Assembly: GCA_964016885.1 (NCBI GenBank)
Contig: OZ024743.1
Coordinates: 314,898,001-314,962,000 of the forward strand
Reading direction: 5' to 3'
DNA from: Eledone cirrhosa
Taxonomy: Eukaryota
DNA: 64,000 nucleotides
The notes below the pieces were generated by a model, which was not told where the DNA came from, did no database searches, and was given only the letters and a program-made list of their open reading frames with translations. The translations under genes and the position numbers were made by a program. Shown here piece by piece: positions 39,879-53,831 of this stretch; the stretch's first letter is position 1, and each line of letters begins with the position of its first letter.

Positions 39879-40363
39879 AATCCGAGTGTTCAGCAGCCAA
39901 CTGTCAGAGCTAGTGAAAATATATGCTATTTTCTAAAATATACAGTATCTGACTGGCCTGATTTGCATAGTAGCAGATTTGCTGATCAGTCAGATCGGCA
40001 TATTAGCAGATCCACTTATCAGCAAGATTTGCATATTAGCAGACTGGCGAGCCAGTTACCTGTATTATTTTATTTGAATGTGGCAAAGCTAGCCATTGAT
40101 CGCTCGTATACAGGAAACTGTCTGGTCAGTCTGCTTATATGCAAATATAAATATATATAAATATATTTAGTAGCTAATATCCGTAGTGGTAGAGCATGCA
40201 GTCCATGGGTCGAGTTTGGTAGAAGTAGTAACATAACTGTTAGTTCACAATACCAAGAAAGATAATTTCACCTTATGCGTATCTACAGCTCCGACCATTC
40301 CGAGCTGTAGAACCGCATAAGGTGAAACTATTTTTCTGGGTATGGTGAAGTAACTGTTGTGTG

Positions 40364-40408
<45 letters not shown>

Positions 40409-40589
40409 GAACACAACAGTGTATATATATACGTTATTCCAGGTTGAATCGGAAGTAACCACAGTAAGTAAGGTACTCAATATATAGCAGAGTGTAAATG
40501 TTTTAATATAGATGAGATTCTATGATGATTTCTAAAGAAAGAAACAGTTTAGTCCTGTAGAATCTCATCTATATATATATATATATATA

Positions 40590-41765
40590 TGACATCTCGC
40601 CATACGGTCACCTGACTTTGCAAGACTCAGTCAAATAGCTCAATAGCTATTTAGTTAGGAAGAGAACAGGCTGAAATGGTTTTGTGCCAACCTCACCATG
40701 TCTTCCTAACTGAGAAATGTTGAGCAAGCTAAGATCATCCAGGGCTTCGGTAATGGTACTAACATTCATTCTCTGGCTTTCATATTCAATGTCCATTCAA
40801 GAACCATCAATAGAATTGTGTCTAGGTTTGAGAAGGAGGGAATAGTAAAGAGAAAATCTGGTTCAGGATGTCAAAACCATAAGATGGATCATCATTTCAA
40901 TCTGGTGCTGAAGAGATCAATAGAAAGAGATCCAACTTAATCCATAATATGCTCGGCACGTGAGGGAGGGGTTTCAGCTATGAAAGTTCAAAGAGGGGTG
41001 ACAGAAGACTTGAAAATGAAATTTTACGTGAAACATTTGAGGCACCCTGTTATTACAGGACAAAAGGTTGAGTGATCATTTACACAGATGAGAAGAATTT
41101 CACACGAGATACGCACACAAACAGACGCAACAGCCATGTTCTGGTTTCAGATCTCATGATAGAGACAAAAATGTCATTTCCAGGTACAAAATCCCTGTCA
41201 AACTGATGATTTTAGCTTGCGTGGCCTCTGATCGCAAGATGATGCCATTGCTTATGTTTGTGAAGGCTGAGAGTCTGACAGGAATTTGTTATGTTCAGGT
41301 TTTGAAGGATGTAAAGACATGGATACTTTCTGAATATCTTGTTGCAAGAGTCAAGGGAAACTCTAACAAGATCACTAAGGACTTCACATAAGTGCAAGAA
41401 TTTCTCAGGGATGAGTTTGGAAGCAGGTTTTGGAATAATGACGCCCACTTCTTCACTTGTTTGAATTCATTAGACTTCAGCATCTGGAATGGATTCATCA
41501 GAAAATCTTGCCAGCAGCCTCAGAGTAACCTGCGAGCCCTCAAAGCCCCCATCTGTAGGACATGGGAGGAAGAGATTGATGTGGAATTTATTAAGAAAGC
41601 TTGTGCTGCAGTGAGAAAGAGGGTTGAAGAAGTCATTGACAAAAGAAGAGCAACTATTTATGCGTAACAGGTAGGATTTCGGCCAGGATTGTCTCTGGCA
41701 CTTTGGAATAAAACTTTAAGCTTCTATTCTAATTTTATTCCAATCATTTATGAGCACCCAATCCT
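40590..41765 (+). mobile_element. Decayed Tc1/mariner-superfamily DNA transposon (maT/DD37D-like)
   Basis: HTH-like NVHSRTINRIVSRFEKEGIVKRKSGSG, FTDEKNFT, VASDRKMMPL and LNSLDFSIW...LKAPICRTWEE..FIKKACAAVRKRVEEVI, with stops. Confidence 0.8.
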
Positions 41766-42141
41766 GATTTATGGTTAATTATTAATGAAAATGTCATTTT
41801 CTTTCATGATCAACTTCATCACAAATTCTTCTGGCGAGCTTGGAGAGTAATCAACGTTTTTCTTCCTCACAGTAGATCCAGCAGTGTCAGAAAGCCCCCT
41901 AATAATTCCAATTTATCTTTAAGCATTCTTGAAATACAGATATTCGAAGTTGAATCTAAAATATGGACAGTGTATACACCCCGTATACCAAGCTCAATAT
42001 CTTTTGTTAAATCTCCGGTCTAACGAGCAGGCCGATGCTTCATTCAGATCTATAGCATCCATAGTGGCCAATCATCGGTGAAACGCGTATAATAGGTCGA
42101 TGTCATACTATGCCCGCCTTTCTCTTTGTATATATATATAT

Positions 42142-42700
42142 GTAAAGAGCAAAAGACAAGCTAAGTCAATGAAAATCATCCTAACACATGCCAAAGTACA
42201 ACCAACCACAACAACGAAACCCACAGTAAAAAAATGCGATAGACCCAACTGTGGCATTTGCATCAACCTAATAGAGGGTTCGGAATTCTATTTCAAAGAA
42301 GGACAACGTTTTATAGTAAAACACAATTTCACATGTGCATCGGAAAATCTAATATATGTATTAACTTGCTCAGGTTGTCGAGAACAATACATAGGCCAGA
42401 CCAAAAACAGCCTCCGCCAACACATGACTGTCCATAGATCCCAAATTAACATACGGGAATACAGGAAAATACCACTGAGTGAACACATTGATACCGGTGC
42501 CACCCAAAATCATCCCAACATCAGAATCTTTCCCCTCTACAAATTTAAAGATAATGCCACCCACACCCAGCGCATCAGCAAGGAATTATACTTTATTAAC
42601 AAATACGGACCCTGTCTAAACACTTCTCCCTAAGACGAACCCACAACATACACACGTCAACATACATACCCATATATAAACACAATGACATACGTAAACA
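42142..42700 (+). mobile_element. Penelope-like 3' fragment with GIY-YIG ORF (42100-42633), between (TA)n tracts
   Basis: CDRPNCGIC..FTCASENLIYVLTCSGCREQYIGQT..LRQHMTVHRSQI..KELYFINKYGPCLN. Confidence 0.88.
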
Positions 42701-42720
42701 CACATGTTCTATGGTGCAAC

Positions 42721-42771
<51 letters not shown>

Positions 42772-42949
42772 ATATATGTATGTATATATATAGTGAATAT
42801 CATTTCACACCTTTTATTGTTAAGGTTTTTGATGTTCTATTGAGAGAAGCGATTTTACTGAAGATATCGAATAATGTACACCATTTTACAAGGAAAAAAA
42901 TACACGTCCACCCACACACACATTCTCACACACACACACATACATATAT

Positions 42950-43130
42950 ATATACACACACACATACACACGCGTACATTAACATACAAATAGACTTATA
43001 CACACACACACACACACACTTCTCCGTATAAGACAAGAGCTGAAAAATATCTATTAACATGTTAAAATATCCCCCACTCACTTACAGACACATTCCTACT
43101 GACCATCCCTCTACCACGAATTACTCTGCT

Positions 43131-43163
<33 letters not shown>

Positions 43164-43335
43164 CACACACACATACACACGCGTACATTAACATACAAAG
43201 AGACTTATACACACACACACACGCACTTCTCCGTATAAGACAAGAGCTGAAAAATATCTTTTAACATGTTAAAATATCCCCCACTCACTTACAGACACAT
43301 TCCTACTGACCATCCCTCTACCACAAATTACTCTG

Positions 43336-43345
<10 letters not shown>
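42950..43345. repeat. ~209-bp direct tandem duplication
   Basis: CATACACACGCGTACATTAACATACAAA...TTACTCTGCTACACAC repeated at about 42963 and 43172. Confidence 0.85.
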
Positions 43346-43397
<52 letters not shown>

Positions 43398-43943
43398 ACA
43401 CACACACACACACTTGTCTTAATAGGCATTTGAACTGTCAACAGGCTGCAGTTCACACACACATACCTGCTAAACATTATCACAACAACGAACACTTTAC
43501 TACCACTACACACACACAAACATATTTGTTGTGAAAGAGTCATTTCTCAGTCTTAGCACAAAATCAATTTTTAACATTCACATGACCTCTACCGACCAAT
43601 CAAAATTGTTTTGACCACAAGAATGTTTGCAACACGAATTGGCGCAAAAAAACAATTTTAATAGCGCTGGAGCCACTTTTTTAACATAAAAACAGGTAGA
43701 ATTCCCAAAACTAATCAGATCAGAGCAAACATCACGGACGCTCTATCTCAAAATTATTTTTGAAAAACATTAGAAATGCACAACCGCTAAAACTTAAAAC
43801 CAAAACTGAATACTAATAAATACTATTACTAATTCTCATTTATTCCTAATTAAACTATTTTTCAACTGTGAACAATTGTCAGCATTTTCTATTTCGTTTA
43901 CCAATATATAATAACTTGTGTGTTACACCTCTATTCTTTTAAC

Positions 43944-43980
<37 letters not shown>

Positions 43981-43986
43981 GTGTGT

Positions 43987-44036
<50 letters not shown>

Positions 44037-45259
44037 GTATATGTATATATAGTATTCACGCTCCGAGTGTCTGGGACAGAACACATTGTAGGTATAGAAT
44101 AATGTATATTCCAATGTTGGGTCATTTAGATTCCGGTTAGTTATAATGTTTGATGAGGAAACCAATAAAATGTACAATACCAAATCACTGGGTCATGTTC
44201 TGAGAATAAACGATGCCTCAATTTGATTAGATTTACAGTGTTATCGAAGATTTCATCAGGAATAATCTCTAACCCAACATCATTTCATTTGTTTTCACTT
44301 CGATTAATCTCGTTCGAATCTTTAGCTTAATCAGATGAATAGTCCTGACGTTCCATTATTCAAATGGTAATTAAGCCAAGAAAGACAACCGATTTCAATA
44401 AGGTGTTCAGTGACTAATGTGTATTTATCCATTAGTTTCACCACACGCCTGAAACCTATTGAAAGTTTGTGCTGTAGCACGATAGTTTTCTCTGGTAAAA
44501 GAATGAAGTTTCGACACCACTCTGAGAGATAGATTTCAATTGATTTATTCTAATTAATCGTTTAGAAAGAACGGCTGTTGATTGCACTTGATAAAAAATT
44601 ATCCAGCTTATTTACTTCCTTAGTTCAATTCCCATCTGGCCCGGCCAATATACATTGTATACTTTATAGTGTATCATTTTTAATCTGATAAAGCTATTCC
44701 TTGTAATGAATGTATTAATTATTTTTTTTAACTTCGCGTTTAGGCATTTAATTTAGATCTAATAAATCAAATGTTCCTAAATCATTCGCGAAATAATATT
44801 TTAAACATACTATTAAAGGAAACAAACAGAAAAAAAGAAAATTGAAATGAAACGAAGAAAAAGAGTAAGACAATCAAGCAACTAAATTAAGGGAGGGGGT
44901 TAAACGCTACACCCCTGTCTAAGTGGTGACAGCTGCGCACAGCGGCCAACCTGGAAAAGGTATTACCGCGGAGAATGGCCAGATAAACCCGCTACCAAAG
45001 CGAGCATCACCTCATGGGGTTCCCTCCTCAAGTGGGCCTCCTTTTTCCGATTCTAAGGACGAAATCAGCAGCACGGGGACCAAGGATACGAGGGAAACCT
45101 GTACAAAGTGGAAACAGTCGTTCTTCTCCTGTGCATTGCGGGCAATGGAGCCCGGGTTTGTGGCCGAACGATAACCAGCTTTATTTAATTGTTCCGAAAG
45201 AATCGATGCAGGTAGGTATTGAGTAAAATGATGAGGCAAGATTAGTTACTTCGTTTAAA

Positions 45260-46015
45260 TAATTGTTTCTACTTTAGGCACAAGGCCAGCAATTACCCAG
45301 TGCATTACTGGTACTTTATTTTATCGACCCCGTAAGGATGAAAGGCAAAGTCAACCTCGTTTAAATAATGACTTCAAATCTCACCTGATCCAGTTTGTAA
45401 TGACTCACAAGCTTGCGTTGTTCAGTGGGAGCTTCTTTCTCCAGTAAAGTAATTATTTGAAATTTGACTACAGTTTTTAGAAATTCCAGATAGTCCACTC
45501 TAATTAAAAAAACGGATGAATTGCATTGAACAAATTGGTTTGCTAGGTAGTCCGTTAAGTTTTGTATTCAGATCCTACCTGGGGATCGGTAATTAATTGC
45601 CATTCAATTGCTATAACTTAATTATATCAAAAAGATTTAGTGCATCATCATGATTCTTATCATCATTATTATCGTGAATTGGCTTTCCAGCATAATTACG
45701 TCCCTTTACGGTCTGTGTTCAAATCCCGTCGAGGTTAACTTTACCTTTCATCCTTACGGGGTAGATAAAATAAAGTAATTGCTGGACTTGTGCCAAAAGT
45801 AGAAACAATTATTATCGTCATCAAACGGCGGTGGATTGGCAATATCGGTAGAGGGTCAGACGCCATGCTTTGCAGCAAAGATTTACGGCCCTTTATGATC
45901 TGAGTTCAAATCCCGCCGAGGTTAACTTTGCCTTTCATCCTTATGGGGTCGATAAAATAAAGTACCAGTAATACACTGGGATAATTGCTGGCCTTGTGCC
46001 TATAGTAGAAATCAT
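45260..46015. mobile_element. Cluster of three SINE copies (45260-45358 -, 45680-45812 +, 45826-46015 +)
   Basis: SINE consensus; TSDs TCGTTTAAATAAT and ATTATCGTCATCA. Confidence 0.88.
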
Positions 46016-46199
46016 TATTATCGTCATCATCGGCATTATTATCTCCATCATCATCATCAGTATCATTATCATCATCATTATCTCCACAATGATTGTCATC
46101 ACTATCGTCATTATCTTTGTCATCATCATTAACATTATTATTGATAAACCCCTTATGAATTGTATGTTCTCGACATGTTAAATATCACAAATTTGTCAT

Positions 46200-47500
46200 C
46201 TTCGTCTGTCTTATGTTGTTCCTATATATTCACTCCATTTTAAGCCTGTCCAAAGTTTTATATAATCCATCAACGTACTTCTTGGTTTTCTGTTTCTTTT
46301 CCTTTCAATCATTTTGATTTTATTATTATATTAGTGGTCTCTGTAAGGCATTTTCCCAATTAACTGTCTGTCCAAAATATTTCAGTTTCCTTTCTTTGAT
46401 GCTGTCTAATAAAGTTTTGTGAGTTTTGACATTTTCATTATTTTCTGCCAACGTAGTTAGAAATTTCCCACATGCATTTTACAACTTTTAAACATCATTA
46501 AAATTTGAAACGTTTAAATTTTTTTTGTCCACGGATATCATATACGTGATGCTGTTTCTCAAATGTGTTTTCTGTAGTGTAAGGTGAGTCAGGAACAAAT
46601 CAACGTTTAGATACACGATGAAGTATATGTCCGCAGGCATGGCTATAGGTGTTTAAATGTTTTCTCTGGAACTACATCTGTGCAGATTAGATTTTACTGT
46701 GCAACTAAGTACCATAGACTCGGATCGACGAAGGCCTACAAACTTTCATTCACAGAATGAAAGTTTGTAGGCCTTCGTCGATCAGAATGAAAGTTTGTAG
46801 GTGGAAACACTGCAGAGGTCCGTCGAAGAGACTGTCACCTTTAGCTGACCTTGTCAGAACTTCAACGCGCTCATTTGCTGCCACAAATATTCTGAAAACT
46901 GTTACATATGCTGACTGTTCTCCATTGTGGCGTATTATTGCAGCCCCAGATAGATCACATCATATTTTTCTTTACTTCGACCGATCTGACATCCTTACAG
47001 AGGCCATAATTACATCACTTCCATCTTTCAATAACCCGCAGATACGTATTCCTTATATCACTGTAATCCTTATTCTCAGAGATTATCTGCTGACTGAGAG
47101 GTAAAGGTATCCCCAAGCCAGTGCCAATTCTTCTTATCCTGCGTTGCTCTCTCATTTGTGAAACGTCATTAAATGTATCAATAATTTGTGTCTATTTCAT
47201 TCCATTTTCCTCGACTACGTGCATCTGTGTCACTCGGTTTGTATTCTCTACATTGCCTATCTGTTGTCGACTGACCATGCCGAGTGCTCTTCTCACTTTA
47301 GATGTTTCCTCGTTAACATATTTTATTCTCTCTCGTAGAACTGTTTATTCTCACATCCATTGACACATTGTCTCTGACCTTTTTAATGATTCCTAAAATA
47401 CACATATATTTCCACAACACTTTGACATATTTCTTTGTATAATTTTAAGTTTATGTCTCCTGTTTTTCAATCATCGACACTATCTCTTCCCTATAAGCCA
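46200..47500 (-). mobile_element. Old RTE-type LINE 3' remnant, interrupted by a SINE
   Basis: Minus-strand translation LLDSIKERKLKYFG...RKRNRKPRSTLMDYIKLWTGL resembles the RTE ORF C-terminus. Confidence 0.55.
46628..46830 (+). mobile_element. Old SINE of a second family with an internal fold-back hairpin; related copy at about 52510-52660
   Basis: GCAGGCATGGCT...GGAAAC 3' part; the 52.5-kb copy ends GGACGGAAACTGTGTGGAAGCCC. Confidence 0.5.
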
Positions 47501-48939
47501 TTGTTGGTATGATTGTTGATATAATATTCTGTGCTTCAAGTATCGTTCCATTTTATTTCCCGTCGTGCCATTTACTCTACTAAAACCACACCATGTATTA
47601 CATACAATCTCTTTCATCCAATCAACATTAAGGAACGAAACCGTGTGACTAGTAGCTTTTCTCAATGCAATCATTAAAGGACTGTCAACATGAGTTAATG
47701 AAAGTAATCTATCACATCATCCATCCTGTGTATGTGGCGCATACATCCAATAGAAACAACATACATCAAGCGCGGGCTTGCATATATTTCAGGTAAGTTG
47801 AATGCATTCAAAGTGACGCATATGTCCACTTTTTGGCTTATATCCCAAATGCATATTTACTTCTATAGCCACAATATCTCTTTTGTATATTGGATATAGT
47901 CATACGTACATTGAAGAAATCGAGATTTACTATCAATGCATCATTCTTTTTTATCTCTTTTAAATTCATTTTATAAACAAGTGAATTTACTTTTCCAATA
48001 TAAGAATATATCTCAAAAGATTATCGATGGATATTTATTGGAATTAAATATTGTGCAAACAATAGTAGTATATTATCAGTGATACTACCCTTTACTAAAC
48101 GCCTAATGTCTCTTTCCCTGGCGGGAAGTGCCTGAAGGTACAATACTACCTCTGGACAGAGACGCCAGCCCATCACAGGGTTAATCCCGCAGCGATAACT
48201 GGTACTCATGTTCAGCTGATTATACTGTAGCAACGTGAAATAAAGTGTTTGTTGATTAACACAACACAGTCCAGGAATCGATCCCGCAACATTATGATCG
48301 ATGGTCCATTATGCTTACAACTTGGCGATGCACCTCTTCTCATTACTTTGATATAAAACAATAAATGCGTTACAATCTATTATTGAAAGGAAATAGTTTG
48401 GATTCTCACTCTCATCTACATTCTATATAGACGATCTCTTTATAAATATGAGTGCGGAACCCGTTGAGATCAGTTTACATCTCATCCTTTCGCGATCGAT
48501 AAATATAGTAATAGTTCGGGTGTGGACAGAATAAATTGTGGAATATGATCTGCCGCAGTGTTTTTAGTTCAAACGCTGCCTGATACTGTTAGATGTTGCA
48601 ACCTAGATATAATAGAAGCATTGGCAAAAGCAACAGACAAATATGTTCCTGGGTCCAATATGATGATCGGATCCTTATCCCAGCTGCCTTTCCGTCTTAT
48701 GTAACAGCGTGTATTTTCCTCTGATACGTTATTTATATTATCGTTATGTGGCCATTCTTTGATAAACTGCCATGTTTTAATTGACGTGACCCTTTCTCTC
48801 CTCTTTCTTCTCTCTCATGTTCATCTCTCTAAAACATCTCTCTCTCCATGTCTTTCTGCTCACCATTCTTCCACTTTCTCTTTGTTTCTCCCTTGATTAA
48901 TTCCCCCCCCCCCCCACCTGCCTTCTTTTCTTTGTCAGC

Positions 48940-49730
48940 CTCGGGAGATAGCATTATCAGCAAAAAATCATGCATGCATATGTTGCCAGGAAGCTCCAGA
49001 GTGAGAGTAATATAGATAAAGAAAGTAGTCTATCTTGGACCAACAACCGATATATTGGCTCCCACTTTGAAGGATACACCTTTGCAATCCAAGAACAGGA
49101 AATCAACACGAAATACTTGATTCACAAAAGAGATAGGGATGCAGGCAAAACACCTAGATGTGATAACAAGTGCAGGCTCTGCAGAATGAACATCGCGGAT
49201 GTCACCCATGTCATAAGCAGCTGGCCAAAGATGTCTTCGCCGTACTATCTATCCATGAGGCATGATGTAGTGGCCAAAACACTGAACAATACAATCCGTA
49301 GAAAAGATAGCTCCGATAATAAACACATTCAAAGTTACAGCAATGTGGAAGACATACATATACATAATATGAAAGAGTACTGGTGGAATGTTCCAGTAAA
49401 AATCCCAATAAAATGCAGGCATAACAGACCGCATATTATGATATAGGAAAGGGAAAAGAGGCATGCACAGTAGTGGAAGATTAGCGAAAAGGAGAATATT
49501 TATGCAGAACTGATGAGAAATCTCCAGATACTCCACCTTGATTATACCTTCAGATTTATGCCTGTGATTATTGGGGCACTGGGATATGTTAGTAACTGCC
49601 TCAATACAAATCTTGAGAAGCCGGGCTTCATAGGAACAGAAAGAACACAACTAGTTAGGAAATTACAAGTACAATCCGTTAATGGAAAAGTAAAAATATT
49701 TAAAACATTTCAAAAAGTTTGCATTTAATG
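48940..49730 (+). mobile_element. 3' fragment of an R4/Dong-type RLE LINE
   Basis: FAIQEQEI, CRLC..TH..S, RHDVVA, HNRPHI and MPVIIGALG; followed by degenerate (TACA)n. Confidence 0.85.
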
Positions 49731-50002
49731 ACTGCATATACACATGTACAAATACTAAGCATATACACATGCACACATACAACTCAAAACATACACATCC
49801 ACACATACAATAACATCCAAATCTACACATGCATGCATACATGCATAGATATCTACCTAGTTGATGTTGTGTAAATTCCAATGAGAGAGTCTTGTGTCTA
49901 TGTTAGCAACCGACTCTCTCTCTATTGGCAAAAATTTAGGAAATTATAAAAACAGAAGAATATACATACATGCATACATACATACATACATACATACATA
50001 CA

Positions 50003-50030
<28 letters not shown>

Positions 50031-50034
<4 letters not shown>

Positions 50035-51790
50035 ACTGAACTTGGATTTGCGGACAAAAAGCACAGCTCCCTAATTCATAGTTTACAAATGGCTGCGATA
50101 GCTGGCACCTTCAAAATTTGCAAAATATTCTTGCGATTCAAGGGATGACATTTTTTTTTCTTTTACAACCTTGCCGCCAAGAAGGTGGCCGGTCAAAAAT
50201 ATACTCGAAATTGAGAGAAAGAGATAACATACATACATACACACATACATACATGAGAAGAGCAAGTTAAGACTGATCAGATCATTACCAGAAGGGCGTC
50301 TTTCAGGGTGATAGCTTGCCAGTGCTACTCTTCGTTCTCTCACTAAATCCACTATCTTACCTACTCAGGAAACAAGGTGAACAAAGAAGTGGGTCCAGAA
50401 GTATCTCCCATCTTTTCTTTGTTGATGACATGAAGTTGTATGGGCCGAATATCAATGACATCAAGACACAATTGGACCTCATTACACAATTTTCAACAGA
50501 CATCAAAATGAAATTTGGTGAGTCCAAGTGTGGATATTTGGCAGTAAAACGTGGAAGAGATGTGCCCTCCTCTAGAAATCTAGAAATGAATGGCCTGACA
50601 ATACAACCTCTATAGTCATGTGACAACTACAGATATCTTGGACAGGATGAGAATGTCAGATATGATGGACCCATCAATAAGGAGAGAACCAGAACTAAAT
50701 ACATCAGAACTGTCAGCGTACAGCAATTACATTGCCCACAATACTTATGCTGTGCCAATTCTAACGCCAACATTTGGCCTGCTGAAATGGTCATTGCAAG
50801 AACTAAGTGAGATGGATATTAGAACTCGCAAAGTTCTCAGTGTTACTGGGAACTTTAACATCAATGGTGATGTGGATAGGCTACACTTCTCACGCAAGGA
50901 TGGTAGCCGGGGTCTAAAATCCATATTAACATCATATGAGACCCGGACAGTAACACTGAAGCAACATCTGCAACAGAGGAAAAATGTTACCAACCATCTT
51001 GCCCAAGTTTATGAGCATGAAGAAAAAAATATCATTAGAATAGCCACTGATATGGAGGAGAGATATGGAATAAAGCCTGATATAAATCTCAAACCCAGAG
51101 AAATCGGAAGATCCTATTCAATGTTCAAACAATAAATGCAGGTTATGTAAAACAAAGATCGAAGATGTAAGCCACATTGTTGCCAGCTGCCAAAGACTGT
51201 TATCTCGCTACTACCTCCTCATGAGACACGATGGGATAGCTAGAACCATCTGGAACGCACTTCGGAAAACCAAATTAAAAACAAACGAGGAAGAATATAT
51301 TGAGACAGATGGCACTAAGGAATACTGGCGGGATCTGAAAATAAAAACTGCCACCAAATTAAAGCACAACCGGCCTGTTATTGTTGTTTGGGATCATACG
51401 CTGAAAACGTGTTCTGTTGTGGAGATCAGCTGCCCACTTGATGTAAACTTTGTTAGAAAACTACAGGAGAAGGAGGACATCTACGGACCATTGATGAGGA
51501 GTTTACAAATCCAGTATCCAAGATACAGCTTTAGCTTCATACCCATCAATATTGGAGCTACGGGTTATATACCAACCCGCTTGGATCAATGTATAACTGA
51601 ACTTGGATTTGCGGACAGAGAGCCCAGCACCCTAATTCATAGTTTACAAATAGCTGCGATAGGTGGCACTTTTAAAATTTGCAAAACATTCTTGCGATTC
51701 AACGGATGACAATTTCTTTTCTTTTACAAGCTTGCCACCAGGAAGGTGGCCGGTCAAAAATATACTCGAAATTAAGAGTAAGAGATAACA
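50031..51790 (+). mobile_element. Two tandem copies of an R4-type RLE LINE (3' fragment 50031-50228; longer decayed copy 50254-51790), bounded by (TACA)n
   Basis: FQGDS, HLFFVDDMKL, RHDGIA, HNRPVIVVWD..VEISCP and PINIGATG; identical 3' ends GAGATAACATACATAC. Confidence 0.9.
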
Positions 51791-51896
51791 TACATACATA
51801 CATAGTGAGAGGGAGACGACCTGAAAGCAAATATATCAATTTATGAATTCAAATTTGGCTAGTGGCTGACTTGAAATCTATCATTATGTCTTATGC

Positions 51897-51962
51897 CAAT
51901 AAAATAAAGTACCAGTAATGCACTCTGGGTATTTGCTGGCCTTGTACATAAAGTAGAAACAA
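51897..51962 (+). mobile_element. 5'-truncated SINE with TSD ATTATGTCTTATGCCAATA
   Basis: SINE 3' end flanked by a 19-bp direct repeat. Confidence 0.85.
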
Positions 51963-52249
51963 TTATGTCTTATGCCAATATGCAATTCTCTTTCTTAAAC
52001 ACCGTTTACATAGAACCATTCAAATGAACGTCAAAATAACCTAATAACATTCAGATTCTTTATTACATGATTGAGAAGGCTACTTCAGTAAAATATCCAC
52101 TCTCCTTTATACCTATCGATAAACTCGTAGGCATATTTTATCGGAATAGAGTGGTCGCAAAAATATTGTTTAGAAATATCTCCTCCATTTTGATTATATA
52201 TATATTTTCTTTTACCCAAAAGCTAACAATCAGAAATTTTCTATTGTTT

Positions 52250-52323
52250 GTCAAGAAAGAAATAATAAAGATTCATAAATAATATCGTCAAGAAAGAAAT
52301 AATAAAGATTCATAAATAATATC
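52250..52323. repeat. 37-bp tandem duplication
   Basis: GTCAAGAAAGAAATAATAAAGATTCATAAATAATATC x2. Confidence 0.85.
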
Positions 52324-53831
52324 GTCAACAGTCAAAACATTAAAAAGTTACAGGTTTCCTCTTTCCCACACTATATTGGGAAATTCCGCCATCTTAAACA
52401 TCGCGTTATGAAAGAGAAAGTTAAACTAAAGTAGTCATACTTACTAATCGATAACAGCCATATTGCTATAAATGTGAGAACCGAAAGGTTGTTGACTGAG
52501 GCGTTTTGAATGGTTATTGCGTGGCTAAGGAGTTCGAGTCACATCCGCGTAGTTTCGGGAATACTTCCACTGCGTAGCACTTTGGATATGCGTATACTAC
52601 TATAGCATCACTATGCCTTCTGGTCGACATTTCGTGGACGGAAACTGTGTGGAAGCCCATAGCAATGGCCTTTCACTCTTAATTTATTTCTGTTAGTTCT
52701 ATTTTCGGTCCGGGCAATGCATGTTTCCTTGAGCCAGATACTTATTTCACGGTGCTCTTTCTGCCAGGAATCGCATCCGGTAGATAGTATCAGCAATAGA
52801 AATGGCAATGGGGTCCTTGTTTCCTAGTTCTCATTTGATGAGATTCACCCCACTCGGTAAGCAAATATTATCCGAACTCTTGTCGATCGTTTAAAAAAAA
52901 TACGCAATTTGTTCTCCTATTAATCATTATCACTACTTGCCCCATTGTGTGACTTTAACATAGTTCAGTTTGCGTCAAGTATTCGGAGCTAGCCACACAA
53001 ATGATAATGATTTACTTTTCTCACACCTCCTGTGGAGGTTCTCTAAATCCATGTTTGTTATTAACCATCATTTCCTGGTTAAATAATAAAATATAAGAAA
53101 TAAGAGAAACGTTAATGTTCTAAGTTAGTCATCTCCAAATTTGACTACTTCATAGAATATTTGACACCTCATTGGCCCCACATAAACAATAAGAAATGTC
53201 AACTTGATAAAATTCCCTAAACAGAGGGATTGCGACTGCTGTATGGCATAACACCAGGGGAACTACACACGAAACCCCAGATTACTGTCGGCACACGAGT
53301 ATTAAATGTACCCTGGCCTGGTTTCTTTCCTCGTGCTTAGAAAAACTTGGTCAACAAACTTGTCATTCTCACTTATTTTTCATAAAATACACTAAATCAA
53401 ATGATATTTTACTGCTGCTAATTAATTGTCTGTGTTTACAAACTGAGTTACGAGAAGGATATGTTTTATTCATCGGCGTCTTACTGACAAGGTAATATTT
53501 GTAAAAACTATTTTACATTTTTCCTGTTGTTTATGCTATACTGAACGGTTATTTGATTTTTCAACATCTAATCGATATATTTAATCAATTATGATTCAAA
53601 AATCAAGATGGTTTAAAGTATTGATTTTCCTTTTGCTATGTTTTGCCAAAAAAGAAAGGAAAAAGAAAAATTTAAATATTTCTTAAACAACACAAATTAC
53701 ATCGTTTCGGTTTATTGTCTTCCCGGTTTTCGAAATTAACTATTGATACGGCTTGATAATAAGAGGATATTTCGCAACACGGATAGAAGAATATGAATAT
53801 TTGAATAATATTATTATTATTGTTATTGTTC

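Noticed and set aside
39890-40050. CRISPR-like ~30-bp repeats
   Set aside because: Degenerate tandem units without unique spacers, in eukaryotic context with no cas genes.
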